A stretch of DNA of 64,000 nucleotides from positions 109,367 to 173,366 of the forward strand of contig DAIDJN010000041.1 of NCBI GenBank assembly GCA_027451365.1, read 5' to 3'. The notes below the pieces were generated by a model, which was not told the DNA's origin, did not search any database, and saw only the letters and a program-made list of their open reading frames with translations. The translations under genes and the position numbers were made by a program. Positions within the stretch are counted from its first letter, which is position 1. Each line of letters opens with the position of its first letter. Shown in pieces: positions 20,444 through 29,722 of the stretch. The stretch is from Phycisphaerales bacterium. GTDB taxonomy: Bacteria > Planctomycetota > Phycisphaerae > WQYP01.

Positions 20444-21355
20444 ATGGCAGATACGCATAACCCCACACCACACGACGACGCGGACGGTATTGTTCCTTTG
20501 TCCAGTGTGCGCAACGCCCATCAGGCGGCAACTGTGGCTGCGGCCGAGCCGACGGACCCCGTTGCCCAGGAATCGCAGTCGGAGGAATCAAATCCCCAGG
20601 ACGTGCCCTTGGCAATTATTTCCGATATTCACGCCAATTACGAAGCGCTGCAGGCGGTCATGGCGGAAATTCGGTCCAGGAATATTGAACACATCTGCTG
20701 CCTGGGGGATGTGATCGGCTATGGCCCCAATCCACTGGAATGCCTGGATGCCGTCATTGAAAATTGTGAATTCACGATTATGGGCAACCATGATTTCGCC
20801 ATTTTTTACGAGCCATTCAATTTCAATACGGCGGCGGAAAACGCCGCGTATTGGACCCGCGGCCAGTTTGAAGCCGACGCCGACCGTGCCCGTCGCAACC
20901 GTCGTTGGCGTTATCTCGGAAATATGCAGACGCGCATGAACCACAAGCGATTCCTTGCGGTGCACGGTTCGCCGCGGCGCCCGATAAATGAATACATTTT
21001 CCCTGACGATATTTATTCGGCCACGGTCAAAATTCAAAGCATTTTTGACCGTATTACGCACCTTTGCTTTGTCGGCCATACGCACGTGCCGGGCGTTTTT
21101 GTGCAGCAGCCGGATTTCTATTCGCCGGAAGACTTAAACAATGAATATCGCATAAGCGATGAAAAGGCGATCATCAATGTCGGGTCGGTGGGTCAGCCGC
21201 GCGACCACGATCCGCGCGCCAGTTTTGCGATTCTGCATTCTGATCGCGTGGAATTTCTGCGGGTCGCTTACGATATCAATACAACAGTGGATAAAGTACG
21301 GTCTATCGACGCATTGGATAATTTTCTCGGGCAGCGCCTGCTGGAGGGAACGTAA
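20444..21355 (+). CDS. Calcineurin-like metallophosphoesterase
   Basis: IISDIHAN, LGDVIGYGP, GNHD, VHGSP, FVGHTH, NVGSVGQPRD. Confidence 0.92.
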   Translation: MADTHNPTPHDDADGIVPLSSVRNAHQAATVAAAEPTDPVAQESQSEESNPQDVPLAIISDIHANYEALQAVMAEIRSRNIEHICCLGDVIGYGPNPLECLDAVIENCEFTIMGNHDFAIFYEPFNFNTAAENAAYWTRGQFEADADRARRNRRWRYLGNMQTRMNHKRFLAVHGSPRRPINEYIFPDDIYSATVKIQSIFDRITHLCFVGHTHVPGVFVQQPDFYSPEDLNNEYRISDEKAIINVGSVGQPRDHDPRASFAILHSDRVEFLRVAYDINTTVDKVRSIDALDNFLGQRLLEGT

Positions 21356-21553
21356 CAATTCGGTGTCACACTGATGAAGCCGGATTACAACGACGAATTT
21401 CTGATGCGGACCTTGTTCGGCGGACGGCCAGCGGGGTGTTGGGCTGGCGGAAAATCGGTTTCCACCCAGCTGCCGCAGATGCCCGTGTGGTTCCAGAAAA
21501 ATATTCCAGATGAGGTTTGCGCCAGCCGCCAGCCCGCTTAAAACAGGAAAATC

Positions 21554-23482
21554 ATGGACTTAAAAAAATTATTTCGACTGATGCTCATTGTGCTTATTGC
21601 GGTGCTGGGCACGAATCTGGTCATGAAAGAGTTCTTTGCGCCCAAAGCGAAGCCCGCGGTTGGTAGCACCGCCGCCCCGAAGGCATCGGCCGGTCATTTG
21701 CCGATGGTCGTGATTAACCCATCGGCGGTGAAGCATGTGACGCTTGGAGACAGCAAAGCCGGTTCTCCGTTTCATCTGGAGGTGGTGCTTAGCAACGTCG
21801 GGGCGGGCGTGGCGAAGGTGGAAATTAATTCGTCGCTGTATCGGGCCGCGCTGGATTCATCCAAACCGCTGGTGCTGCTGAAGCATCGCAAGGGATTTCC
21901 GCTGGCGTTTGCTTCGCGTTCGGCCATTATTCCCGGCCAAGGCATGTTTAATCTCAAAACCCCGTGGACGGTGACCCGGGTAATAGATCACACCACAGCC
22001 ATTCTGAAGTGGCAATTGCTGGATACCAAAGAAAAGCCGCTGGCGCTGCTGGAAAAAATTTACCAGTTGAATCCAAACACGTGGAATTTGCATGTCACGC
22101 AGCGCATCATCAATGAGACTGCTCATCCATTGCGGATTGCCTTGAACCTTTTTGGCAGCACCAGCTTGCCACTGGGCCACGAAGAAACGGACCTTCGCAC
22201 GGTTCAAAGTGCGACCTACCACAGTGCCAGCAAATATCTGGACATCAGCGGATCGCCCGAAGCCTATCAGGCCAAAATGCTGGGGGCCGATACCGCTCCG
22301 GTGATTCTGGGAAGTTTTGCCGGCAAAAACAGACTTCTCTGGATTGCCTCCTCCAATCGGTTTTTCGTTACCATTTTCCGACCGCTGCCGGCGGGTCCGC
22401 CCGAATATGAAATGCTGGACAGCGGCGTGAAAATTCCCCGGATCAATTATCTGGGCAATGCCACAGTTAAAAGGGTCGGGGAAAAAGCCGCCCAAGCCGA
22501 CCCGCGCGGCGTTCTGGCGGTGGAGCTTGCCGGCCAGACGTTGGATATTCCCGCCCATGGTCAGGCGGATATGCCTTTTACCGTCTATTGCGGCCCGAAA
22601 AAGAGAGCCATCCTGGCCGGTTCCAGCCACGCCAAGCCTGGCTCTGCCGCCTGGGATTACCGCGTCTATAACTATCTGTCCGTCATTCAGTTTAACCAGG
22701 GAAGCTGGTGTTCGTTTATCACGTTCTCCTGGCTTTCGCTGGCAATTCTAAAACTGTTGGACTGGATCCACGCGGTGGTCGGAAATTATGGCGTGGCCAT
22801 CATGATTCTTGTTCTGTTTGTGCGCCTGCTGCTTCACCCGCTTACGCGCTGGGGACAGGTGAATATGAGCACGATGCAGCGTAAAATGGCCAAACTTCAG
22901 CCTGATATTGAGCGCATTAAAACCAAATATGCCAAAGACAAACAGCGCCAGCAGCAGGAAACCATGCAGCTTTATAAGGAAAAAAATGTCAATCCGGCCG
23001 CCGGCATTCTCGGTTGTCTCCCCATGCTGCTGCAAATGCCCATCTGGATCGCTCTGTATTCCGGACTGCAGGTGGATATTGATCTGCGGCAGGCGAGTTT
23101 CATTCCCGGCTGGATTACGGATCTTTCCAGTCCGGATACCCTGGCGCGGTTTCATACATCGTTTCAGGTTCCGATAATCGGCTATTCCCATCATGGGCAA
23201 GATTTTATCGCCTTTAATCTTCTGCCCCTGCTGCTGGGGGTTGTGTTCTATCTGCAAATGCAGTTTCAAATGCGGCTTTCGCCAACGCCGACAGATCCGC
23301 AGCAGAAACAGATGCAGAAAATGTCGCAATTCATGGTGCTGGTGTTCCCTCTGTTTCTGTATAACGCTCCGTCAGGCCTTAACCTGTATATTTGTGCCAG
23401 TACCCTTGGCGGCCTGATTGACATGACCTTCATCCGGCGTCATCTGAAAAAACTTGAGGCCCGTGAGGCCGCCACTGCCTGA
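21554..23482 (+). CDS. yidC: Membrane protein insertase YidC
   Basis: GNYGVAIMILVLFVRLLLHPLT, MAKLQP, GCLPMLLQMPIWIALY, WITDLSSPD, PSGLNLY; large periplasmic domain. Confidence 0.95.
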   Translation: MDLKKLFRLMLIVLIAVLGTNLVMKEFFAPKAKPAVGSTAAPKASAGHLPMVVINPSAVKHVTLGDSKAGSPFHLEVVLSNVGAGVAKVEINSSLYRAALDSSKPLVLLKHRKGFPLAFASRSAIIPGQGMFNLKTPWTVTRVIDHTTAILKWQLLDTKEKPLALLEKIYQLNPNTWNLHVTQRIINETAHPLRIALNLFGSTSLPLGHEETDLRTVQSATYHSASKYLDISGSPEAYQAKMLGADTAPVILGSFAGKNRLLWIASSNRFFVTIFRPLPAGPPEYEMLDSGVKIPRINYLGNATVKRVGEKAAQADPRGVLAVELAGQTLDIPAHGQADMPFTVYCGPKKRAILAGSSHAKPGSAAWDYRVYNYLSVIQFNQGSWCSFITFSWLSLAILKLLDWIHAVVGNYGVAIMILVLFVRLLLHPLTRWGQVNMSTMQRKMAKLQPDIERIKTKYAKDKQRQQQETMQLYKEKNVNPAAGILGCLPMLLQMPIWIALYSGLQVDIDLRQASFIPGWITDLSSPDTLARFHTSFQVPIIGYSHHGQDFIAFNLLPLLLGVVFYLQMQFQMRLSPTPTDPQQKQMQKMSQFMVLVFPLFLYNAPSGLNLYICASTLGGLIDMTFIRRHLKKLEAREAATA

Positions 23483-23506
23483 GGCCCGACGCCCATAGGC
23501 ACCTGC

Positions 23507-24112
23507 GTGCGGCGTCCGGCAAGGATCATTTGCGTGCCCAAACTATTTGCCAAAAAGCATTTACGCCGGCATCCTGGCCGGTCCGCTGTTCCGCGTGGGG
23601 GTAATCCCCGGCCGCCAAAGCCGCGTTCCATGGTGTCGGTCAATCCGCGACCTGTGGCCATCAATATGCCTGGCGGGAAACGCCTTGTTACAACTTTGGT
23701 GCGCCCAAAGGGCGAGTCGCGATCGGTGCCGGCCCATTCGGTTATTGTGCTGGTGGGGAAATCCGGTCGGCGGATTCCTTGGAAGCCCGGCACGCAATAT
23801 ACCGGCGGCGCAATGTGGCATTCAGATGTCCGCGGTAATCTGTTTGGCTATGATTTCCGCCACCCCGGGCAGGTTTATATCTGCCGGCTGAACGGCGAAC
23901 ATGTGGCCAAATTGTACCTGAGCCTGTTGCGCAAGAATATACTTAAGCCCGTGTTTTTCCGCACCAGTTCGCGCGGCATCCGGTACATTGCCGCCAATGG
24001 TCTGCGCAAGACGCTGACCTGGAGCGCTGTGGAAAGAAACCTGCGGCGGCGGCGTGGGACGCCCTACGCCCGCAATGCCATGCGCTGGCTGACGGGCGGC
24101 CAAAGCCGTTAA
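23507..24112 (+). CDS. Basic hypothetical protein (start uncertain)
   Basis: Fills the gap between yidC and recN on the same strand; no recognised motif. Confidence 0.45.
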   Translation: MRRPARIICVPKLFAKKHLRRHPGRSAVPRGGNPRPPKPRSMVSVNPRPVAINMPGGKRLVTTLVRPKGESRSVPAHSVIVLVGKSGRRIPWKPGTQYTGGAMWHSDVRGNLFGYDFRHPGQVYICRLNGEHVAKLYLSLLRKNILKPVFFRTSSRGIRYIAANGLRKTLTWSAVERNLRRRRGTPYARNAMRWLTGGQSR

Positions 24113-24235
24113 TTTTTCTTCAGTTCCAATGTTCCCGGCTAAGCGGCCCTATGCGTTTGGTCAAACCCCGGTAGAATACCCTTCCCGGGCAAGGGGCGGC
24201 TTTGTCCGGCTGTGAAACGTGTTCCATGGTGCGCC

Positions 24236-26062
24236 ATGCTGCGTGAACTCCATATTTCCAATCTGGCCGTTATTGCCGATGCCAATGTGGAATTAAGTCC
24301 CGGATTGAATTGTTTCACCGGCCAGACCGGCGCGGGAAAATCCCTGGTTCTGGGCGCATTGGAATTGCTGCTGGCCTTGCGTTCGCCACAGAATATGCTG
24401 CGCAGCGGCAGCCAGGAGGCTCGCGTGACCGGCGTGTTCCATCTGGCCAGCCCGAAATTACGTCAGACCGTGGCCGATCTTACTGATCTTCCTCTGGCCG
24501 ATGAACCGGACATGATTCTCGCACGCCGAATTCATGACAGCGGCCGCACCAGCGCATCGGTCAATGGGCATCCATTAAACGGGGCGATGCTTAAAAGCAT
24601 TGGCGAAACACTCGCGGACATCCACGGCCAGCACGATGCGCAGTATCTGTTGAAGCCGGGCAATCAGTTGGCCATGCTCGATGATTTTGCCGGCTGCTCT
24701 GATTTGGCGGATAACTTCCGCGCGCTTCACCGCCAGCGCCGGGAAATTCAGGACCGGTTGCATCAATTGGCCGCTTCGGAATCTCTGCGTCGTCAGCAGT
24801 TGGATCTTTTTGAATTTCAGGCGGCCGAAATTGATGAAGCCGCATTCACCATTGGCGAACAGGAGAATCTGGAGAATCGACACCGGCTTTTGTCCAACAT
24901 GGAAAAAATAAAGCGACAGGCCGCTGCCGCCTATGAAGCCCTGTACGATCAGGAAGGCGCTGTGGTGGGGCGGTTAAAGGCAATAACCGGCATTCTGCTG
25001 GACGCTGCCGAGCTAGCCGGCGAAATTTCTCCCATCGCCGCGCAGGTGCGTGATGCCGCCGTAAGCCTGGACGACGCCGCCTTCGCCCTTCGGCACATGA
25101 TGGACCGTCTGGAACTGGATCCTGATGAACTGGCACGGGTGGCTGAGCGGTTGAATCTGCTGAATCGGCTTCTGAATAAATACTGCGGTTCCGGCGGGTC
25201 CCTGACCGACCTGATGCAGTATCGTGTCGCGATCGGCGAAGATATTTCCCGCCTGCAGGCCGCCGATCAGGATTCGACCCAGAATCGCCAGCAGGTGGTC
25301 GAACTGGAACACCAACTAAGCGCAGTGGGGGCGCGGCTTGCCGCCAAAAGGCGTGCCGGTGCGGACAAGCTTGTCGGGCTGGTGCAGGGCCACCTGACCG
25401 AATTGGGTATGAAGGAAGCCCGCCTGCAACTGCATTTCCAGCCTGCGGCAAACGATGCCGCGCGGCTCGCGGCGAGCGATGGCGTTCTGGACAGTTTTCC
25501 CCTGCCCACCGGCTTGGAAATTGTGGATATTCTTATTGCTCCCAACCCTGGCCAGGAGCCAAGGCCGCTGCGTAAAATAGCCAGCGGCGGTGAGCTTTCC
25601 CGCGTCATGCTTGCCATTAAATCCATTATGGCCCAGCCCGACCGCGTCAGTGTGCTGGTCTTTGACGAAATTGACGCCAATGTCGGCGGCCGCATGGGCA
25701 CCGTGCTTGGTGAGAAACTGCGGGCCTTGGCCCGGCATCATCAGGTATTGTGCATCACCCATTTACCGCAAATTGCTGCATTTGCCGACCGACATATCCG
25801 TATTCGTAAAATTGTTGAAAATGGAGAAAGCTTCACCACTGTTGAACCCTTGGAGGGAGAAGACCGCATTCATGAACTCGCGGAAATGATTTCCGGCAAG
25901 CAGATCACGGAAACATCGCTGGCCCAGGCCCGTGAACTGCTGGCCGTGGCGGGCAACGTTCCAGCCGGGGTCGCCAGCAGGCCGGCGAGCGCAGTAAAGA
26001 CCGCGACTTCTCCCAATATCGGGCACCGCAAAAAGGCCGCCAGCCGCCGCGGCTCGCATTAA
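24236..26062 (+). CDS. recN: DNA repair protein RecN
   Basis: MLRELHISNLAVI, TGQTGAGKS, DIHGQHD, IASGGELSRVMLA, FDEIDANVGG, QVLCITHLPQIAA. Confidence 0.97.
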   Translation: MLRELHISNLAVIADANVELSPGLNCFTGQTGAGKSLVLGALELLLALRSPQNMLRSGSQEARVTGVFHLASPKLRQTVADLTDLPLADEPDMILARRIHDSGRTSASVNGHPLNGAMLKSIGETLADIHGQHDAQYLLKPGNQLAMLDDFAGCSDLADNFRALHRQRREIQDRLHQLAASESLRRQQLDLFEFQAAEIDEAAFTIGEQENLENRHRLLSNMEKIKRQAAAAYEALYDQEGAVVGRLKAITGILLDAAELAGEISPIAAQVRDAAVSLDDAAFALRHMMDRLELDPDELARVAERLNLLNRLLNKYCGSGGSLTDLMQYRVAIGEDISRLQAADQDSTQNRQQVVELEHQLSAVGARLAAKRRAGADKLVGLVQGHLTELGMKEARLQLHFQPAANDAARLAASDGVLDSFPLPTGLEIVDILIAPNPGQEPRPLRKIASGGELSRVMLAIKSIMAQPDRVSVLVFDEIDANVGGRMGTVLGEKLRALARHHQVLCITHLPQIAAFADRHIRIRKIVENGESFTTVEPLEGEDRIHELAEMISGKQITETSLAQARELLAVAGNVPAGVASRPASAVKTATSPNIGHRKKAASRRGSH

Positions 26063-26187
26063 ATGTGGCTGGCGCGGTCTTGAATTCGTGAGCAATTGGC
26101 GCTTGGCATTTTACCTGCCATAAGCCGCCCAATTCGGGCGGTAGGGCATCTCCAAAGGAACACTGGCCTCTGTCTGAGTTGTGCGGC

Positions 26188-26898
26188 TTATGGGCGCGGT
26201 GGATTGGATTTAATCTTATTCGTATCAAGTGTGACCGCGCCATGCCGGGCCAGGGCGCCGCCATCCTGAATTGACGCACTGTTCATTATGATAATATCCG
26301 TGGTGGCAAGAATGGTGCCTTCAAATGCGCTGTCCGCCCCAAGGGTGGCCGAACTTCCCACCTGCCAGAACACAAAATTCCTTGGCTCAGATCCATTGCC
26401 ACGGTTAATGGAAATAACGGCTGATTTGGTGCCGGTGGTCAGAGTTGTCCCGATCTGAAATACAAACTGGGCTTTTTTATTGCCTTGGCAGTCAAGTGTG
26501 AGTATCCCGTTGAGAGTTGCCAACGACGAAAAATAATATACCCCGGGCAGCAGCGTTAACCCGCCCAGGTCCTGGCCGCTTAAATCGTGGGTCGGTTTCA
26601 TCCCCTGAACCGCTTTGTAAGCGGCGGTAAGATCAATATGCGCTTTGCGGGCGACATCATCGGCCATTCGCTTGGCATGGGGCGATAAGACAATACCCGG
26701 CGGGAAGCCGGTGATATCCTCGCTGTGACTGGTTCCCACATGGCCTCCATGCACCGCGGTATCGCCGGTATTCGTGACCGCGGTACCGCCCAACACCGCA
26801 AAATTGGCGGCGGAATCTAAAATAAATTGAACCGGCGCGTGCAGCGGAAGCGTGCCCAACGGTGCAACCACCAGCATAACAAGTGTTTTATTTACCAT
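26188..26898 (-). CDS. DUF3494 ice-binding-like protein, no C-terminal anchor
   Basis: NFAVLGGTAVTNTG, ITGFPPG, DLGGLTLLPGVYYFSS, FVFQIGTTLTT, VFWQVGSSATLG, GALARHGAVTLDTN; AAGGAG RBS before ATG 26898. Confidence 0.88.
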   Translation of the reverse strand: MVNKTLVMLVVAPLGTLPLHAPVQFILDSAANFAVLGGTAVTNTGDTAVHGGHVGTSHSEDITGFPPGIVLSPHAKRMADDVARKAHIDLTAAYKAVQGMKPTHDLSGQDLGGLTLLPGVYYFSSLATLNGILTLDCQGNKKAQFVFQIGTTLTTGTKSAVISINRGNGSEPRNFVFWQVGSSATLGADSAFEGTILATTDIIIMNSASIQDGGALARHGAVTLDTNKIKSNPPRP

Positions 26899-27109
26899 GG
26901 CCAATTCTCCTTTTTCACACACCGCCGCGTGGGGATGTGCGAATATGGCGCGACTGATCTTCGGTTGGGCATCGTGGAGAACGAGCTAAAGGAAAGCTGG
27001 ATTCCGGGTGGGCGTCGGGGCGACTCATGCCAAGGTTTCTAAACCAACCCGCGCGAGCCGTGCGACTTCAAGCGGCCATGCTCTAGCACACTTGAATTAT
27101 CAGTATAGC

Positions 27110-27125
27110 AGCAATTGGCGTACCG
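27110..27125 (-). promoter_or_regulatory. Putative sigma54 (-24/-12) promoter of the DUF3494 gene 26188..26898
   Basis: Minus strand CGGTACGCCAATTGCT = GG-N10-GC with TTGCT. Confidence 0.55.
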
Positions 27126-27290
27126 TGGTGGATTTGGTTAATTATTTTTAAAGATAGGCGGGCGGCTATCACACAGCCGGACACATAAACCGGTCAATAT
27201 CAGGAAAGTCCGGATATACCTGACTTTAGTTTCTGCAAAGCCGGGGTGCTTATTGTCCGGGAATCGTCAATTTTGCCCAATTCATTCGAA

Positions 27291-28109
27291 TTATGTCCGG
27301 CGGCTGCGCCAGCGTGTCGTAAGTGTGTAAATTCCCACCAGGCCCGCCCCGGCCAACACAAGTGTTGCTGTGGCTGGCTGGCCAACTGCCGCCGGCCCGG
27401 TATTGATATTGCTGCTGGCGCAGTTACTGATGGTGTTGGCATCCAGTGTTACCGCGCCATTGCGTGCCAGAGCGCTGCCGTCGGTAATTGTGGCACCAGT
27501 ATTCAACGTAATGCTGGTTAGCGCAAGAATATGTCCTTCAAATGCGGTTCCTGTGCCCAGCGTGGCGGAACTACCCACCTGCCAGAACACATTGCAATCT
27601 GGTGTTGAACCGGAATTCAGAACCACAACCGAAGCGTTGCTGGCCGTGGTCAGCGTGCTGCCTATCTGAAAAACAAACTGCGCGGCCGAATTGCCCTGGT
27701 CATTAAGCGTCAGTGTTCCAGTAAGGCCCGCAGACGAAGAGAAAAAGTAGGTGCCCGCCGTTAGTGTTAATCCGCCCAGGTTCGTTCCTGTCAGATTCTG
27801 CGTGGGGGCTAAACCTGCGCATGCATTGTAGGCCGTTGTTAAATCACTCTGAGCCTGACTGGCGACTGCATTGGCGGAGTCCAGTGTGTATGGAGATGTC
27901 ACACTTCCCGGCGGAAAGCCGGTAATCGCCGTGCCCGGACTTACTCCCACATTTCCCCCATCTATAACCGTGTTACCTGTATTGGTCACGGTTGATCCGG
28001 CCAATACCGCGAAATTTCCCGCCGTGCCCAGCACCACGGCGGCTGGTACCGCCGCCGGGGAAACTGTTAATATCACCAACGCGGAAAAAATGATAGTCTT
28101 GGTAAACAT
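27291..28109 (-). CDS. DUF3494 ice-binding-like protein with PEP-CTERM-like C-terminal anchor
   Basis: LGTAGNFAVLAGSTVTNTG, VGVSPGTAITGFPPG, FVFQIGSTLTTAS, NVFWQVGSSATLG, ALARNGAVTLDAN; tail VGQPATATLVLAGAGLVGIYTLTTRWRSRR; GGAGG RBS before ATG 28109. Confidence 0.92.
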   Translation of the reverse strand: MFTKTIIFSALVILTVSPAAVPAAVVLGTAGNFAVLAGSTVTNTGNTVIDGGNVGVSPGTAITGFPPGSVTSPYTLDSANAVASQAQSDLTTAYNACAGLAPTQNLTGTNLGGLTLTAGTYFFSSSAGLTGTLTLNDQGNSAAQFVFQIGSTLTTASNASVVVLNSGSTPDCNVFWQVGSSATLGTGTAFEGHILALTSITLNTGATITDGSALARNGAVTLDANTISNCASSNINTGPAAVGQPATATLVLAGAGLVGIYTLTTRWRSRRT

Positions 28110-28268
28110 TGGTCGCCTCCATTTACTTTTGTCGCCGGGTGGCGATACCAAAAGGTCGCATTTAAATAAAAAGCTGGAAGCCCTATAATTAGCCCGCCCC
28201 GCTTTTATATGTCCCAGCCATCCCGTTGAGATTGCCGAAATGATGACTAATCTCGATTACTATGTGTA

Positions 28269-28284
28269 TGCAAACCATGTGCCG
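28269..28284 (-). promoter_or_regulatory. Putative sigma54 promoter of the anchored DUF3494 gene
   Basis: Minus strand CGGCACATGGTTTGCA matches YGGCAC-N5-TTGCW. Confidence 0.75.
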
Positions 28285-28399
28285 TGTTGGGTAAATCATT
28301 AAGTTGACTGAATTCATAAAAGTTCTTGCGATCTTGGGGCTGCTTGCCGAGATTCAGTTACAGATGCGACGCAGAGGGGGCGGCAATAACGCCGCCGCC

Positions 28400-28426
28400 G
28401 GACATAATGTCGCGGACATTTTGTCC
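28400..28426. promoter_or_regulatory. Candidate sigma54-activator enhancer site, copy 1
   Basis: GGACATAATGTCGCGGACATTTTGTCC: two G(A/C)CA-N3-TG(T/G)C palindromes 14 bp apart, about 115 bp upstream of the -24 box; shares 18 identical bp with 29512..29529. Confidence 0.6.
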
Positions 28427-28668
28427 CAGTCGGTTGGCGAATTGCGTAAACAGGCAGAAAATTGCTGGCCAAATAATATTATTGCCAAAGGTATGGATAT
28501 TGCATGGTAGTACGTGGGGTTGTTCACGATTTTATTAATTGCGTCCCATTTTTTACCTGCGCAGAGCGTTCGGGTTGGGCGTCAGCCGCGTTCGCCAAGT
28601 CTCATTGGCTTGCTTGTAGGTGCAAAAAGACAAGATTGACCGCGGCTCGGTTGGCCAAAAAAGGGACA

Positions 28669-28700
28669 GGGACGTTCCGCCCTTTCGGTCGGAACGTCCC
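28669..28700 (-). terminator. Hairpin downstream of CDS 28765..29187; possible intrinsic terminator or REP-like palindrome
   Basis: GGGACGTTCCG / CGGAACGTCCC 11-bp perfect stem; T-run follows on the minus strand after 6 nt. Confidence 0.45.
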
Positions 28701-28764
28701 CGTTTACACCTGTGCCCCACTCGTGCTGCCCCACTGGCATTTGCCGCCCCACACCACGGACACT

Positions 28765-29187
28765 TTACCACTTTTTTAACAGGTATCTACGATCTATGCG
28801 ATTCCAGGAATCGCGCACGGCCTGTCTGGCCGTATCCCAGTTTAATGTGGATTTACCCCTATGTGCCGCCCAGTCCCGTATCAAAATCAGTTCAACTTCC
28901 GCGAATAGGCGGGGATCATAAAACACCCGCGCTTCCCAGCCATATTGGTAGGCCGGGGCGTATTCTTCGTACGACACACCGGCCCTGACGTATGGACGTG
29001 AGTAATATGTCGACCGCCAGAACCCATGTTCTACGACCGGGTCAAGTTCATTTATCGGGTCTTCGTTCATCTGGTCACCGCCTCGGTTTGGATGTTGCGC
29101 CTCGTCGGTTGTCTTAGGTACTGATAGCGGATCGGCTGAACTGAATTTCGGAATGGCTCTCTCAAAATTGACATCATGCAGCGTCAT
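28765..29187 (-). CDS. Conserved hypothetical protein of the PYV..G..YEEYAPAY.YGWE..F.EVE..L.RDW...RG.S.L.W..AR.A.RDSW type (start 29187 or 29070)
   Basis: Recognisable widespread motif pattern in the C-terminal 100 aa; RBS-like sequences before both ATGs. Confidence 0.7.
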   Translation of the reverse strand: MTLHDVNFERAIPKFSSADPLSVPKTTDEAQHPNRGGDQMNEDPINELDPVVEHGFWRSTYYSRPYVRAGVSYEEYAPAYQYGWEARVFYDPRLFAEVELILIRDWAAHRGKSTLNWDTARQAVRDSWNRIDRRYLLKKW

Positions 29188-29299
29188 GGTTCGACTTCTC
29201 CAATCATTCCTGCGGCATATCCATTGGCTGCCCGCCTAGTGCAGCAACACAGAATTCACTGAAGAAATTTCGGGAAACTTCCTCATGCCGGTTGTTGTA

Positions 29300-29315
29300 T
29301 GCAATTGGTGTGCCG
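29300..29315 (-). promoter_or_regulatory. Putative sigma54 promoter of CDS 28765..29187
   Basis: Minus strand CGGCACACCAATTGCA matches YGGCAC-N5-TTGCW. Confidence 0.75.
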
Positions 29316-29505
29316 CTTTTCAAATCAAGTGCGTACCAAGGCCAATTTTCATGGCATGCTGGCGGCGCGAAATGGCTCATGTGGTGCATAAATCTGGCCG
29401 CAAACGATCGCATGGCATATTTATGCCCGATTGTGCCGTTGGGCAGTTCGCCTGTAGCAGATCACATGCTGCCGTTGCCTGTCAGCCCGTTCTGACCGAA
29501 CAACT

Positions 29506-29532
29506 CGCCAAAATGTCGCGGACATTTTGGCA
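29506..29532. promoter_or_regulatory. Candidate enhancer site, copy 2, between divergent sigma54 promoters
   Basis: CGCCAAAATGTCGCGGACATTTTGGCA; 11-bp inverted arms GCCAAAATGTC/GACATTTTGGC. Confidence 0.6.
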
Positions 29533-29603
29533 TTGCCGGCGCGTTTTGGATTAAGAAAGCCGAAAAATGGCCTGTTTGGCTGATAAACAGGCCATTTTCC
29601 CGT

Positions 29604-29657
29604 CGGCATTGCAATTGCAATAACAATAGTGCGCCTGCAGGTGGCAGGTATGTTGCC
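29604..29657 (+). promoter_or_regulatory. Putative sigma54 promoter(s) of the GGDEF gene
   Basis: Two GG-N10-GC boxes: CGGCATTGCAATTGCA (29604..29619) and TGGCAGGTATGTTGCC (29642..29657). Confidence 0.6.
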
Positions 29658-29722
29658 TTGCTTTGCGCTGGGGCGCGGAAGGCCATGCTGGCATTTGTCG
29701 AATGACTTATCGGGGATTCAAT

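Noticed and set aside
21374..21541. 55-codon ORF upstream of yidC as yidD
   Set aside because: Lacks the CRF.P(T/S)CS motif and has no RBS
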